NCBI GenBank assembly: GCA_902513495.1
Contig: CABXNH010000001.1
Location: 5,858 to 69,857, forward strand
Source of the DNA: an uncultured Gammaproteobacteria bacterium
GTDB taxonomy: Bacteria; Pseudomonadota; Gammaproteobacteria; PS1; Pseudothioglobaceae
DNA length: 64,000 bases
Direction of reading: 5' to 3'
How positions within the stretch are numbered: position 1 is the stretch's first letter; each line of letters opens with the position of its first letter. Positions 1 through 7,376 of this stretch are shown here, piece after piece. The notes below the pieces were generated by a model. The model searched no databases and was not told the DNA's origin. It worked only from the letters and a program-made list of their open reading frames with translations. The position numbers and the translations under genes are program-made.

Positions 1-419
1 TCTTCGTTAACATAAAATAAACCACCGCCACCTCTATTACCAGAGAACGCTCCGCAGACTTCCTTATTTATTTCAACATAGACCATATTCACTAGAATCT
101 CATCATTTTGCGCAATCAATATTCGATATGTGTTATCGCTTGAAGTTTTTGTACTATTTTTAGATTTTGAAGAAACTTTTCCTTTAGAAGAAGGCTTGTT
201 TGATTGAGCTTTTTTTTGAGGCTTTTCATTTTTAACTGATGAAGATTTATTTGGAACAGAAGTTTTCTTTTTACCTCTAAATCTTCTTCTTAAGAATGGT
301 ATCAACGCTATGACACCTATGCCCATTAATATAGAATCATTTTCGGAGAATCCAATAGCAACAAAAAGAATTCCAAATAGCGTAATTATAAGTCTAAATA
401 AACCTTTAATAAATTTCAT
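1..419 (-). CDS. Hypothetical membrane-anchored protein, partial (runs off the left edge)
   Basis: Not in the ORF track. My translation from ATG 419 is MKFIKGLFRLIITLFGILFVAIGFSENDSILMGIGVIALIPFLRRRFRGKKK..., open to position 1. Two hydrophobic N-terminal segments, a Lys/Ser-rich linker, then the start of a globular domain. Confidence 0.75.
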   Translation of the reverse strand, partial: MKFIKGLFRLIITLFGILFVAIGFSENDSILMGIGVIALIPFLRRRFRGKKKTSVPNKSSSVKNEKPQKKAQSNKPSSKGKVSSKSKNSTKTSSDNTYRILIAQNDEILVNMVYVEINKEVCGAFSGNRGGGGLFYVNE

Positions 420-619
420 ATTTTTTAGGTTTTAAGTTTAAAAAAATTATTCTACATCAAATATTTAGAACAATTTGGACTATTTTCTTAATGCTATCAT
501 TTTTCTAATCATTAAGTCGATTTTGGATTTTCATCTCATTAAAATAACATTTTTTTTATAATGTTATAATGTTTAATGGAAAGATTTTATTACTGTGAAT
601 TTCCTGATATGGAGGCAAT

Positions 620-874
620 ATGAAGCAATTTAAAGTTAGTTATTACTTTGAAAATGATGAAGATGAGGTAGATTTTGTAACATTAGATTTTGATTCAGAA
701 AACTTAGAATCCCTGTTAACAAAACTTGATAAAGGCGATCATGGTGATTATGAACCTGACGAAATTACTGATCTGGATGGCATTACTGATTGGGATTTTT
801 TTTATATAGAAGATTCAGATGGTAATGAGGTGTTTTGTGGTGATGATGATTATCGTGACATTATGCACAGCTAA
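620..874 (+). CDS. Small, very acidic hypothetical protein
   Basis: GGAGG RBS at 611-615 and upstream TATAAT boxes. 28 of 84 residues are D/E versus 5 K/R. Confidence 0.75.
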   Translation: MKQFKVSYYFENDEDEVDFVTLDFDSENLESLLTKLDKGDHGDYEPDEITDLDGITDWDFFYIEDSDGNEVFCGDDDYRDIMHS

Positions 875-882
875 GAGCAAAG

Positions 883-911
883 AGCTCTCTATATGATTAG
901 ATAGAGGAGCT
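883..911. terminator. Imperfect hairpin between convergent genes, possible bidirectional terminator
   Basis: agctctctat-atgattag-atagaggagct pairs with one bulge. It lies between the stops at 874 and 959. No clear U-tract. Confidence 0.35.
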
Positions 912-958
912 AACTAATTATCGAGATCTCTAAAATTGAATATTTTTGAACTTAACAT

Positions 959-2140
959 TTAGCCTTCAGAGGCCTTTATTAAGATTGGATCATTTTGTAA
1001 ATTATCAGAAGCATGATTAATTGCATCAGGATTTTGTTTGATTGCAGCTAAAACAACTTCTTTATCATCCTGAAGGAGCTCACTCGCACAGAATAGAACA
1101 GCGTTACCATCAATACAAACAGCCTTTAGAACAAACTCCTTGTCATTTTTAAGAGAAGCATCAGCATATTCAAAAGCTTCTCCATTTTGCCTGAGTGCTG
1201 TCATTACAATTTCTTTGTCTTTTTTAAAAGATTCATTAATAAACTCAAGAGCATTACCATTTATATTTAGAGCTTCCATTACAAACTCTCTATCTTTTTT
1301 AAAAGAATCATCGGTATCTTCCATCGCAAAAACATGCTCGTGTAGAGATGCAAGAAGAATTTCCCTGTCCTTTTTAAGTGTTTCATGAGCATATTCAAAA
1401 GCACCCCCATATTCATTGATTGCTGCCAAAACAATTTCTTTATCTTTTTTAAATGCCTCATCAAGACCCTCGAGAGCAAAACCATCATTTGATACTGCTG
1501 CAAGTGCTTGATCTCGATCCAAACTTTTATCTTCTGAAGTAACAAGAACACCGCCTTCATAATAGCTTTCATCTTCAATATTTCTATTTTTATAAACTAA
1601 ATTAAATTCACCGTCTTTAATCTCGACAATGTGTACTTCTCGATCAAGTCCTCTATCAACCAACTCTGCATCATAATATTCGTTTATTGACTCGCCCTGG
1701 TATTGAAAATCAGAAAGGACTGTAAAATTAAGCTCGCCATACAAATCATCACTCAGTTGATTTAAATCTACTTTTGTTAATTGAACAACTAGCTCATTTA
1801 TATCAAAGCTTCCTCCAGCTGGCTCAAACTCAAACTGTATTGATCCTTTTGATAGTGCTGTGTGAACCATATACCATCCGTCCTCATAGCGACGGTTTTT
1901 AAGAAAGCTTATAGTTTCAGTAATCTGATATTGTGGTAATTCTCCATCAATTGTATCCTTGTCACTAATAAAAACTCCATAAGCAGAGTCTTGACAGAAA
2001 TTATGAGGGCCTTCAACATAGTCAGAATCCTTCATTTCTTTAGAATTGATAAGAGATTTTATTGCCTCTATATCATTTTCATTAAGCCGCCCAAAACCAA
2101 TCTCTCCAGCTGGCTCAGTTTTAAAATATATCTCTTTCAT
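959..2140 (-). CDS. DUF4116-type helical repeat protein with an unknown acidic N-terminal domain
   Basis: Seven ~25-aa C-terminal repeats of the form D(K/R)E(I/F/V)VLxAx(4)GxA(L/F)E(Y/F)x(4)(L/F)Kx. ATG 2140 is preferred over TTG 2158 because GGAGA lies just upstream of it. Confidence 0.8.
   Translation of the reverse strand: MKEIYFKTEPAGEIGFGRLNENDIEAIKSLINSKEMKDSDYVEGPHNFCQDSAYGVFISDKDTIDGELPQYQITETISFLKNRRYEDGWYMVHTALSKGSIQFEFEPAGGSFDINELVVQLTKVDLNQLSDDLYGELNFTVLSDFQYQGESINEYYDAELVDRGLDREVHIVEIKDGEFNLVYKNRNIEDESYYEGGVLVTSEDKSLDRDQALAAVSNDGFALEGLDEAFKKDKEIVLAAINEYGGAFEYAHETLKKDREILLASLHEHVFAMEDTDDSFKKDREFVMEALNINGNALEFINESFKKDKEIVMTALRQNGEAFEYADASLKNDKEFVLKAVCIDGNAVLFCASELLQDDKEVVLAAIKQNPDAINHASDNLQNDPILIKASEG
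962..1519 (-). repeat. Seven degenerate ~75-bp (25-aa) coding repeats
   Basis: DRDQALAAV.. / DKEIVLAAI.. / DREILLASL.. / DREFVMEAL.. / DKEIVMTAL.. / DKEFVLKAV.. / DKEVVLAAI.. Confidence 0.8.
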
Positions 2141-2161
2141 AAGAATTTCTCCATTCAAAAA

Positions 2162-3631
2162 TTAAAATTCTATTAATCTTTTTTTTTCCCACCCCTTTTT
2201 AATATTTTTCTCAAGCATTTGATCACCAATACTGGAGGCATTTTTTAAATTTGAAGCTAGTCGAACCTCTCTTTTTAAAGGGTCCTTTCTATCTGAACTA
2301 TAATCAGTCCAGTGAACAACAAAAGTTGGATAATTCTTGTCAATCTTTTCCTTATTCGTTTTCCAGATTACTAACTTCCTAACAGATATTTTTTCCTTAA
2401 CTGTCTTTGTATAAACCTCTCTTCGAATCATTTCACTAACTGGTAATTTTATGTCTTCAGCCCTTTTATCTTTTTCAACAATAAAACATCTATCTGTAAT
2501 CTGCTCAATACGAAGATCTAGGGTATTCACCTGTTTATCTGAACGATACTTAACAAAAACTGGATTATGAATACTAGCGAGAGGTAATTTTTCAAGTGCT
2601 TTCCATTGGTTTTCTTTGAAAGAAAGAACCATCTTACGGATTAGTTTTCCAGATGAATCTTCACTTTGAACATCAGCTGCACTTATTTCTACTACAATCT
2701 CTGGCTTTACAAAGCGATATATTGCGCCGTCGCCACTTGTGTATCTCCAGTTAGAGTCCACTTGCGATTTTTGAATTTTTTGCATCATCTCTTTTCTAGA
2801 TTTTGCATCTCCAATTGAGCCACAGGAACCAAGGAGTTGAAATGACTTATCTTGACGCATTAAAGCAAGCATTATTGATCTAACCTGAGAACTATCTTCG
2901 CTTTTCTCAGTATATCCAATAATAACTGCATCAATTGTTAGCGAGGGCTTAACCTTGTAAATCCTTTCTTCTCCAGCTCTGATAATTATTCCTTCACCCT
3001 TTCCATCTGTTACCCATTGTTCAAAATAGCTTTCTGCTTCCTTAATACTGCTTATTGTTTCTGTTTTGATACAGCTAACTCTTTTTCCATTGTCAAGGAG
3101 CCTCCGCATTAGTTCAAGACGATCTTTATAACTCGGCCCTGGTATAGCTGATTTTGCATCTCCACCTGAAATAATATCGAAAGCAGCGAAACCTAGCTTT
3201 TCTACTTCTGCTTTAGCACCGCCACCAAGAGCACTTGCAAGATCACTAACTCTTGCCCTACCTTCTTTAGAAGCAACAAATAACTCTCCGACAAGGATAA
3301 CTCTGCTCAAAAATTTATGTGACACTTCCCTAATTTCATTTAGCAGAGGTATATCACCAGCTATTAATCTTCCTCTAGTATTAGATAACGCAACTTCGCC
3401 ATCTTCGATAATCATAAACCAAAGTTCGCCATCAATCTTTGGCGAAATATGCATTTCCCCTGGTGTTAAATCTGAACTTATCTCATCAACCAAAAGAGAT
3501 TTATATCCTGCAATAACTGTCTTTCGATAACCTAAAAGCTTAGATAAAACTTCTGGTGAACCAATACCATTATTTTCAACAGTTTGGCCCTTGCCCAAAA
3601 CTTTTGAATTATTAAGATTAAAAATAGTCAT
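2162..3631 (-). CDS. ATP-dependent polynucleotide (probably DNA) ligase with OB-fold and WGR-like C-terminal domain
   Basis: Nucleotidyltransferase motifs in order: I SPKIDG (K65), III LVGELF, IIIa AAFDII, IV GEGIIIR, V YKVKP. Then an OB-like region (DAVIIGY...LLGSCGS...VKPEIVVEI...PVFVKYRSDK). The C-terminus VVHWTDY...NIKKGW resembles a WGR domain. Confidence 0.85.
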   Translation of the reverse strand: MTIFNLNNSKVLGKGQTVENNGIGSPEVLSKLLGYRKTVIAGYKSLLVDEISSDLTPGEMHISPKIDGELWFMIIEDGEVALSNTRGRLIAGDIPLLNEIREVSHKFLSRVILVGELFVASKEGRARVSDLASALGGGAKAEVEKLGFAAFDIISGGDAKSAIPGPSYKDRLELMRRLLDNGKRVSCIKTETISSIKEAESYFEQWVTDGKGEGIIIRAGEERIYKVKPSLTIDAVIIGYTEKSEDSSQVRSIMLALMRQDKSFQLLGSCGSIGDAKSRKEMMQKIQKSQVDSNWRYTSGDGAIYRFVKPEIVVEISAADVQSEDSSGKLIRKMVLSFKENQWKALEKLPLASIHNPVFVKYRSDKQVNTLDLRIEQITDRCFIVEKDKRAEDIKLPVSEMIRREVYTKTVKEKISVRKLVIWKTNKEKIDKNYPTFVVHWTDYSSDRKDPLKREVRLASNLKNASSIGDQMLEKNIKKGWEKKRLIEF

Positions 3632-4335
3632 TATTTAGTTGCTAAGTTTATTTTTTTAAGCTCCATATTGCTGAGATGAAGAAGTAGTTGATACTTCTTA
3701 CCATTAACTCTTCCCTCTAAAAAACCCCTATAAGGCATTCCATTTGCCTGAAAAATAAGTGGGTCTTTGCCTTTGCTACCTGCGCCTATTAAAACCATTA
3801 CGTCCTCATCATGCAACTCTTTAGCCATATCAAAGAGGTAATCAAAGGTTAGTCCATCCACATGCTTAAGCTGGATAGTTCTTTTAAATGCAAAACTAAC
3901 AGTAACTTTTGATTTTGGCATCTTTTTACCTGTCCACCTCACTGGTAGCTCATCATCAACGTTGCCAGGTATATTTTTTGGCTCTCGCCTTTCTTTTTCT
4001 TGTCCCTCAGGTGAGGTTATTAGCTCAACTGTTTTAGGAGGGGAATAAAGCAAATCTCCTTTATTGCTAATATAGACAACATCAGTATCAGAAACAAACT
4101 TTCCAATAACTTCTATATCTATCTCAGGATCCTGCTCAATGAGCTCTTTAGCATAGTTTTCACCATATAAAGCCGAAAGTTTTATATGAAGATTATCCTC
4201 AGTAGCTGAAAGGTATCTTCTAAATTCAACAGTTTTATTTGGCAACCCCATCTCAAATGGCTTTTCATATTTCAATGTAGAAATAGCTATTTTTGCATCT
4301 CTATTATCCTTATTCATTAAATTTATTTTTCTCAT
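3631..4335 (-). CDS. Hypothetical protein, candidate highly diverged Ku-like subunit B
   Basis: TAATG stop/start overlap with the ligase. By-eye similarity to the Ku core (YLSATED; FDYLFDMAKELHDEDVMVL; YRGFLEGRVNGKKYQLLLHL). The CDS is confident, the Ku call is tentative. Confidence 0.55.
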   Translation of the reverse strand: MRKINLMNKDNRDAKIAISTLKYEKPFEMGLPNKTVEFRRYLSATEDNLHIKLSALYGENYAKELIEQDPEIDIEVIGKFVSDTDVVYISNKGDLLYSPPKTVELITSPEGQEKERREPKNIPGNVDDELPVRWTGKKMPKSKVTVSFAFKRTIQLKHVDGLTFDYLFDMAKELHDEDVMVLIGAGSKGKDPLIFQANGMPYRGFLEGRVNGKKYQLLLHLSNMELKKINLATK

Positions 4336-4344
4336 GAACTAATC

Positions 4345-4950
4345 CTAGAACATTTCAAAATCAAGTTCATCACTATCATCTATCACCGCATCTTCAAAAG
4401 TTTCTTCTATAACCTGATCAAGCTCCATCCAAGATGGCTTTGTAGGATTGCCGATTAAGAGAAAGTAACCCTCAGTATTCATAACCAGGTAAGCAGATTC
4501 AGCATGATAATCTTCTCTATAATTAAAAGGAAAGTTTAAAACTTTTTCAGATTCTAAGATTGACTTGATTGAGTCGTGCATTTCTTCAGGTTCTAATTGA
4601 TAAATTGAGTCAACTGCCAAATCTAAGAGTGACTCCGGTTCTAAAATAACTGCATCTTGAGCTACTCCTAGGGTTGAAGGAATTTTATCAAGCACCTTAC
4701 CTTTAAGACTTATTCCAACTAGCTCTTTATTGGGAATCCAATTCATATCAATATCAAAGTAACCTTGTGAAGTCATTCCCGACAATATAAGATTTGAACC
4801 ATCATCACTTAGTTCACATCGTAAACATTTTTCTCCTTCACGATCTAATGGAATGCGTTTTCTTGAACCATAGAGCTTTGCACGATTGATTTTTTTATGG
4901 CTAAATTTTGCCTCTTCACCCTGGCAGTTAATTACTATTGATTTTGCCAT
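4345..4950 (-). CDS. Hypothetical protein, candidate highly diverged Ku-like subunit A with acidic tail
   Basis: First gene of the operon, 9 bp from the next gene. By-eye colinear matches to Ku (KLYG; QGYFDIDMNWIPNKEL; PST; VDSIYQLEP; SILESEKV; AYLVMNTEGYFLL). Ends DDSDELDFEMF. Confidence 0.55.
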   Translation of the reverse strand: MAKSIVINCQGEEAKFSHKKINRAKLYGSRKRIPLDREGEKCLRCELSDDGSNLILSGMTSQGYFDIDMNWIPNKELVGISLKGKVLDKIPSTLGVAQDAVILEPESLLDLAVDSIYQLEPEEMHDSIKSILESEKVLNFPFNYREDYHAESAYLVMNTEGYFLLIGNPTKPSWMELDQVIEETFEDAVIDDSDELDFEMF

Positions 4951-5060
4951 TTTTAGACTAAAATTTTATTTTCTGATTCGTACATTTCTAGGTTAAAACT
5001 TTAATAACTAGCTCAATATTACACTTAATTTAAAAAAGGTTGAGTATTTTTTAATAAGAT

Positions 5061-5819
5061 TTAAGGCTTATATGGATTAATTTTAGAAAGAATTCCTCGT
5101 AATATGGCTACCTCTTCTTTTTCAGGCATACTTCTTCCAAAAAGTCTCCTTAAGCGCCTCATTAACAAACTCTGTGGTTTCTTTGCATCAAAGTAATCAA
5201 TATGCTCAAGTGCTTGCTCAAGATGCTTATAAAAGCTGTTTAAGTCATCAAAGTTTGCTAATTCTCCAGGAGCATTTTCAAATCCACCCTCTAGAGTGCT
5301 TACATAATTCTGATAGGCAAATACTTGAATTGCGGATGCTACATTGAGTGAAAAATACTCAGGATTTCCAGGAATTGTCATTAAAGTGGAACATAAATCT
5401 AGCTCCTCATTAGTAAGGCCAGAATTTTCAGTTCCAAAAACAACAGCAACTTTATGGTCTTCTTTGGAAACGATCGATTGTATTTCACTGCATGTCTCAA
5501 TAACATCCAGCTGCCTCCATTTAATATTTCTTTGACGTGCACTTGCACCAATTACGAGATTAACCCCCACCAAAGCCTCCTCGAGTGAAGAGCAAACTGT
5601 TGCGCTTGATAATACGTCATCCGCACCACTTGCTCTGGCAGTTGCAACTGCTGATGGAAAATTAGATGGTGTTACAAGATATAACTCAGAGAGCATCATG
5701 TTTTTCATGGCTCTAGCAGCAGCACCAATATTCCCTGGCTCAGTCGTATTCACCATGACAATCCTTACTTTATCAAAACTCGTCAAGGTATAATCTCTCT
5801 CTTTATTTATTTGACTCAT
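5061..5819 (-). CDS. trmJ: tRNA (cytidine/uridine-2'-O)-methyltransferase TrmJ
   Basis: SPOUT motifs PGNIGAAARAMKNM, VFGTENSGLTNEEL, SLNVASA. Divergent from suhB as in other proteobacteria. The true start may be TTG 5786. Confidence 0.9.
   Translation of the reverse strand: MSQINKERDYTLTSFDKVRIVMVNTTEPGNIGAAARAMKNMMLSELYLVTPSNFPSAVATARASGADDVLSSATVCSSLEEALVGVNLVIGASARQRNIKWRQLDVIETCSEIQSIVSKEDHKVAVVFGTENSGLTNEELDLCSTLMTIPGNPEYFSLNVASAIQVFAYQNYVSTLEGGFENAPGELANFDDLNSFYKHLEQALEHIDYFDAKKPQSLLMRRLRRLFGRSMPEKEEVAILRGILSKINPYKP
5789..5794 (+). promoter_or_regulatory. Sigma70 -10 box for suhB
   Basis: Perfect TATAAT 30 nt upstream of the suhB ATG, overlapping the trmJ 5' end. Confidence 0.45.
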
Positions 5820-5824
5820 TTACC

Positions 5825-6625
5825 ATGCATCCTACCGTCAATATTGCAGTTAGAGCTGCCAGAGCAGCTGGTGATGTTATTTTAAGGTATCACAATCAGG
5901 TCGATATACTTACCATTGAAAACAAGTCTATTAATGACTTTGTTTCAGAAGTTGATAAAACGGCCGAAAAAGCCATTATAAACGAGATTAAAAAAGCCTT
6001 TCCAAAACATTCTATTTTGGCTGAAGAGAGTGGCAAAACTCTTGGTGATGATGATTTTCTTTGGATTATCGATCCATTGGATGGAACTACTAATTACCTT
6101 CATGGCTTTCCTCAGTATGCTGTCTCAATAGCGCTTCTTGAAAAAGGAGTTACTACCCATGCTGTCATCTATGATCCATTCAAGGAGGAACTCTTTACAG
6201 CCTCTAAAGGAGAAGGTGCTTATCTCAACAATGAAAGAATTAGGGTAACTATATCAAACGGACTAGAGGAAACCCTTATTGGAACTGGTTTTCCATTTAA
6301 ACACCCTCAACATTTAGATTGTTATCTTGATACATTTAAAGCAATATTGCCTCACGTGTCTGACATTCGAAGAGCAGGTGCTGCAGCTTTAGATTTGGCT
6401 TATTTGGCTGCAGGCAGACTTGATGGATTTTGGGAGATTGGGCTTAACTCTTGGGACATGGCAGCTGGTGCTCTCCTTGTTAAAGAGGCTGGAGGATTTA
6501 TAGGTGATTTCTCAGGTAGAGATAAATACATGGAGACTGGAAACGTTGTCGCTGGAAATGCAGGCGCCTATAAAGAAATACTCAAGAAAATTCATCCGCA
6601 TCTTAGTAGTGACCTTCAGAGATAA
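5825..6625 (+). CDS. suhB: Inositol monophosphatase / Nus factor SuhB
   Basis: WIIDPLDGTTNY, RRAGAAALDLAY and WDMAAG motifs. Confidence 0.95.
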   Translation: MHPTVNIAVRAARAAGDVILRYHNQVDILTIENKSINDFVSEVDKTAEKAIINEIKKAFPKHSILAEESGKTLGDDDFLWIIDPLDGTTNYLHGFPQYAVSIALLEKGVTTHAVIYDPFKEELFTASKGEGAYLNNERIRVTISNGLEETLIGTGFPFKHPQHLDCYLDTFKAILPHVSDIRRAGAAALDLAYLAAGRLDGFWEIGLNSWDMAAGALLVKEAGGFIGDFSGRDKYMETGNVVAGNAGAYKEILKKIHPHLSSDLQR

Positions 6626-6626
6626 A

Positions 6627-7376
6627 TTAATCTGAGATTGTTAACTGTTCTCCATTTATCTTTGGACTTGAGCTTGACAACAAGCGAACAATTGCCTGAC
6701 TCTTCTCCTCTGGTAAAGGCACTGTCGAGGAATCTTCAGCAGGATATGCTGTCCTTCTCATCTCCGTTCTCATTTTCCCAGGGTTGACCGTGTTTATACT
6801 AATTTGGGTTTGTTCAAGCTCCTCTGAGAGTATTTTAGCAAAACCTTCTATTCCAAACTTACTGACGCTGTATGCTCCCCAATAAGCTCTTGCCTGCCTA
6901 CCTACTGTTGACGATAAAAATATAATCCTTGCATCATCCGATTTTAATAGAGCAGGAATCAGGAACTGGGTCAGCATGAATGGAGCATTCAGATTAATTT
7001 GGAGTGTTGAATACCATAATTTAATATCATACTGCTCGATCGGCATCTGAGTGCCTAATATTGAAGCGTTATGAACTAGCCCATCTAGCTTTCCGAACTG
7101 GTTAAGCAGGTTATCTTGAAGTTCTTGATAATTTTCAGGCGTTGCGCCTTCTAAATCCAAAGGGTAAAGAATAGGCTCTTTCAGGCCAGCGTCAACAACC
7201 GCGTCGTAAGCATATTCAAGTGAACCTAAATCTCTTCCTAACATAATGACGGTAGCACCAGCCCTAGCAAGGTCCATTGTTATGGCTAGTCCAAAACCTC
7301 TATTTGCTCCAGTAACTAGAACGACTTTACCTTCAAACTCATCATGTTTTATACTGTGCTCTTTAGCAACTATCAT
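6627..7376 (-). CDS. yciK: YciK-like short-chain dehydrogenase
   Basis: VTGANRGFG, LDGLVHNAS, YWGAYSVSK, MRTEMRRTAYP. Confidence 0.8.
   Translation of the reverse strand: MIVAKEHSIKHDEFEGKVVLVTGANRGFGLAITMDLARAGATVIMLGRDLGSLEYAYDAVVDAGLKEPILYPLDLEGATPENYQELQDNLLNQFGKLDGLVHNASILGTQMPIEQYDIKLWYSTLQINLNAPFMLTQFLIPALLKSDDARIIFLSSTVGRQARAYWGAYSVSKFGIEGFAKILSEELEQTQISINTVNPGKMRTEMRRTAYPAEDSSTVPLPEEKSQAIVRLLSSSSPKINGEQLTISD

Noticed and set aside
962-1519. Periodic ~75-bp repeats as a possible CRISPR array or DGR repeat
   Set aside because: The repeats are degenerate at DNA level, conserved at protein level and in frame, so they are coding repeats. No cas or reverse transcriptase gene is present.
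2162-4950. Calling the operon canonical ku-ligD
   Set aside because: The ligase has no polymerase or phosphoesterase domain, and neither upstream protein has the canonical Ku N-terminal WKGxIxFGLV motif. Gene symbols were withheld.
4951-5060. LexA (SOS) box upstream of the ligase operon
   Set aside because: No CTG-N10-CAG motif is seen in this spacer.
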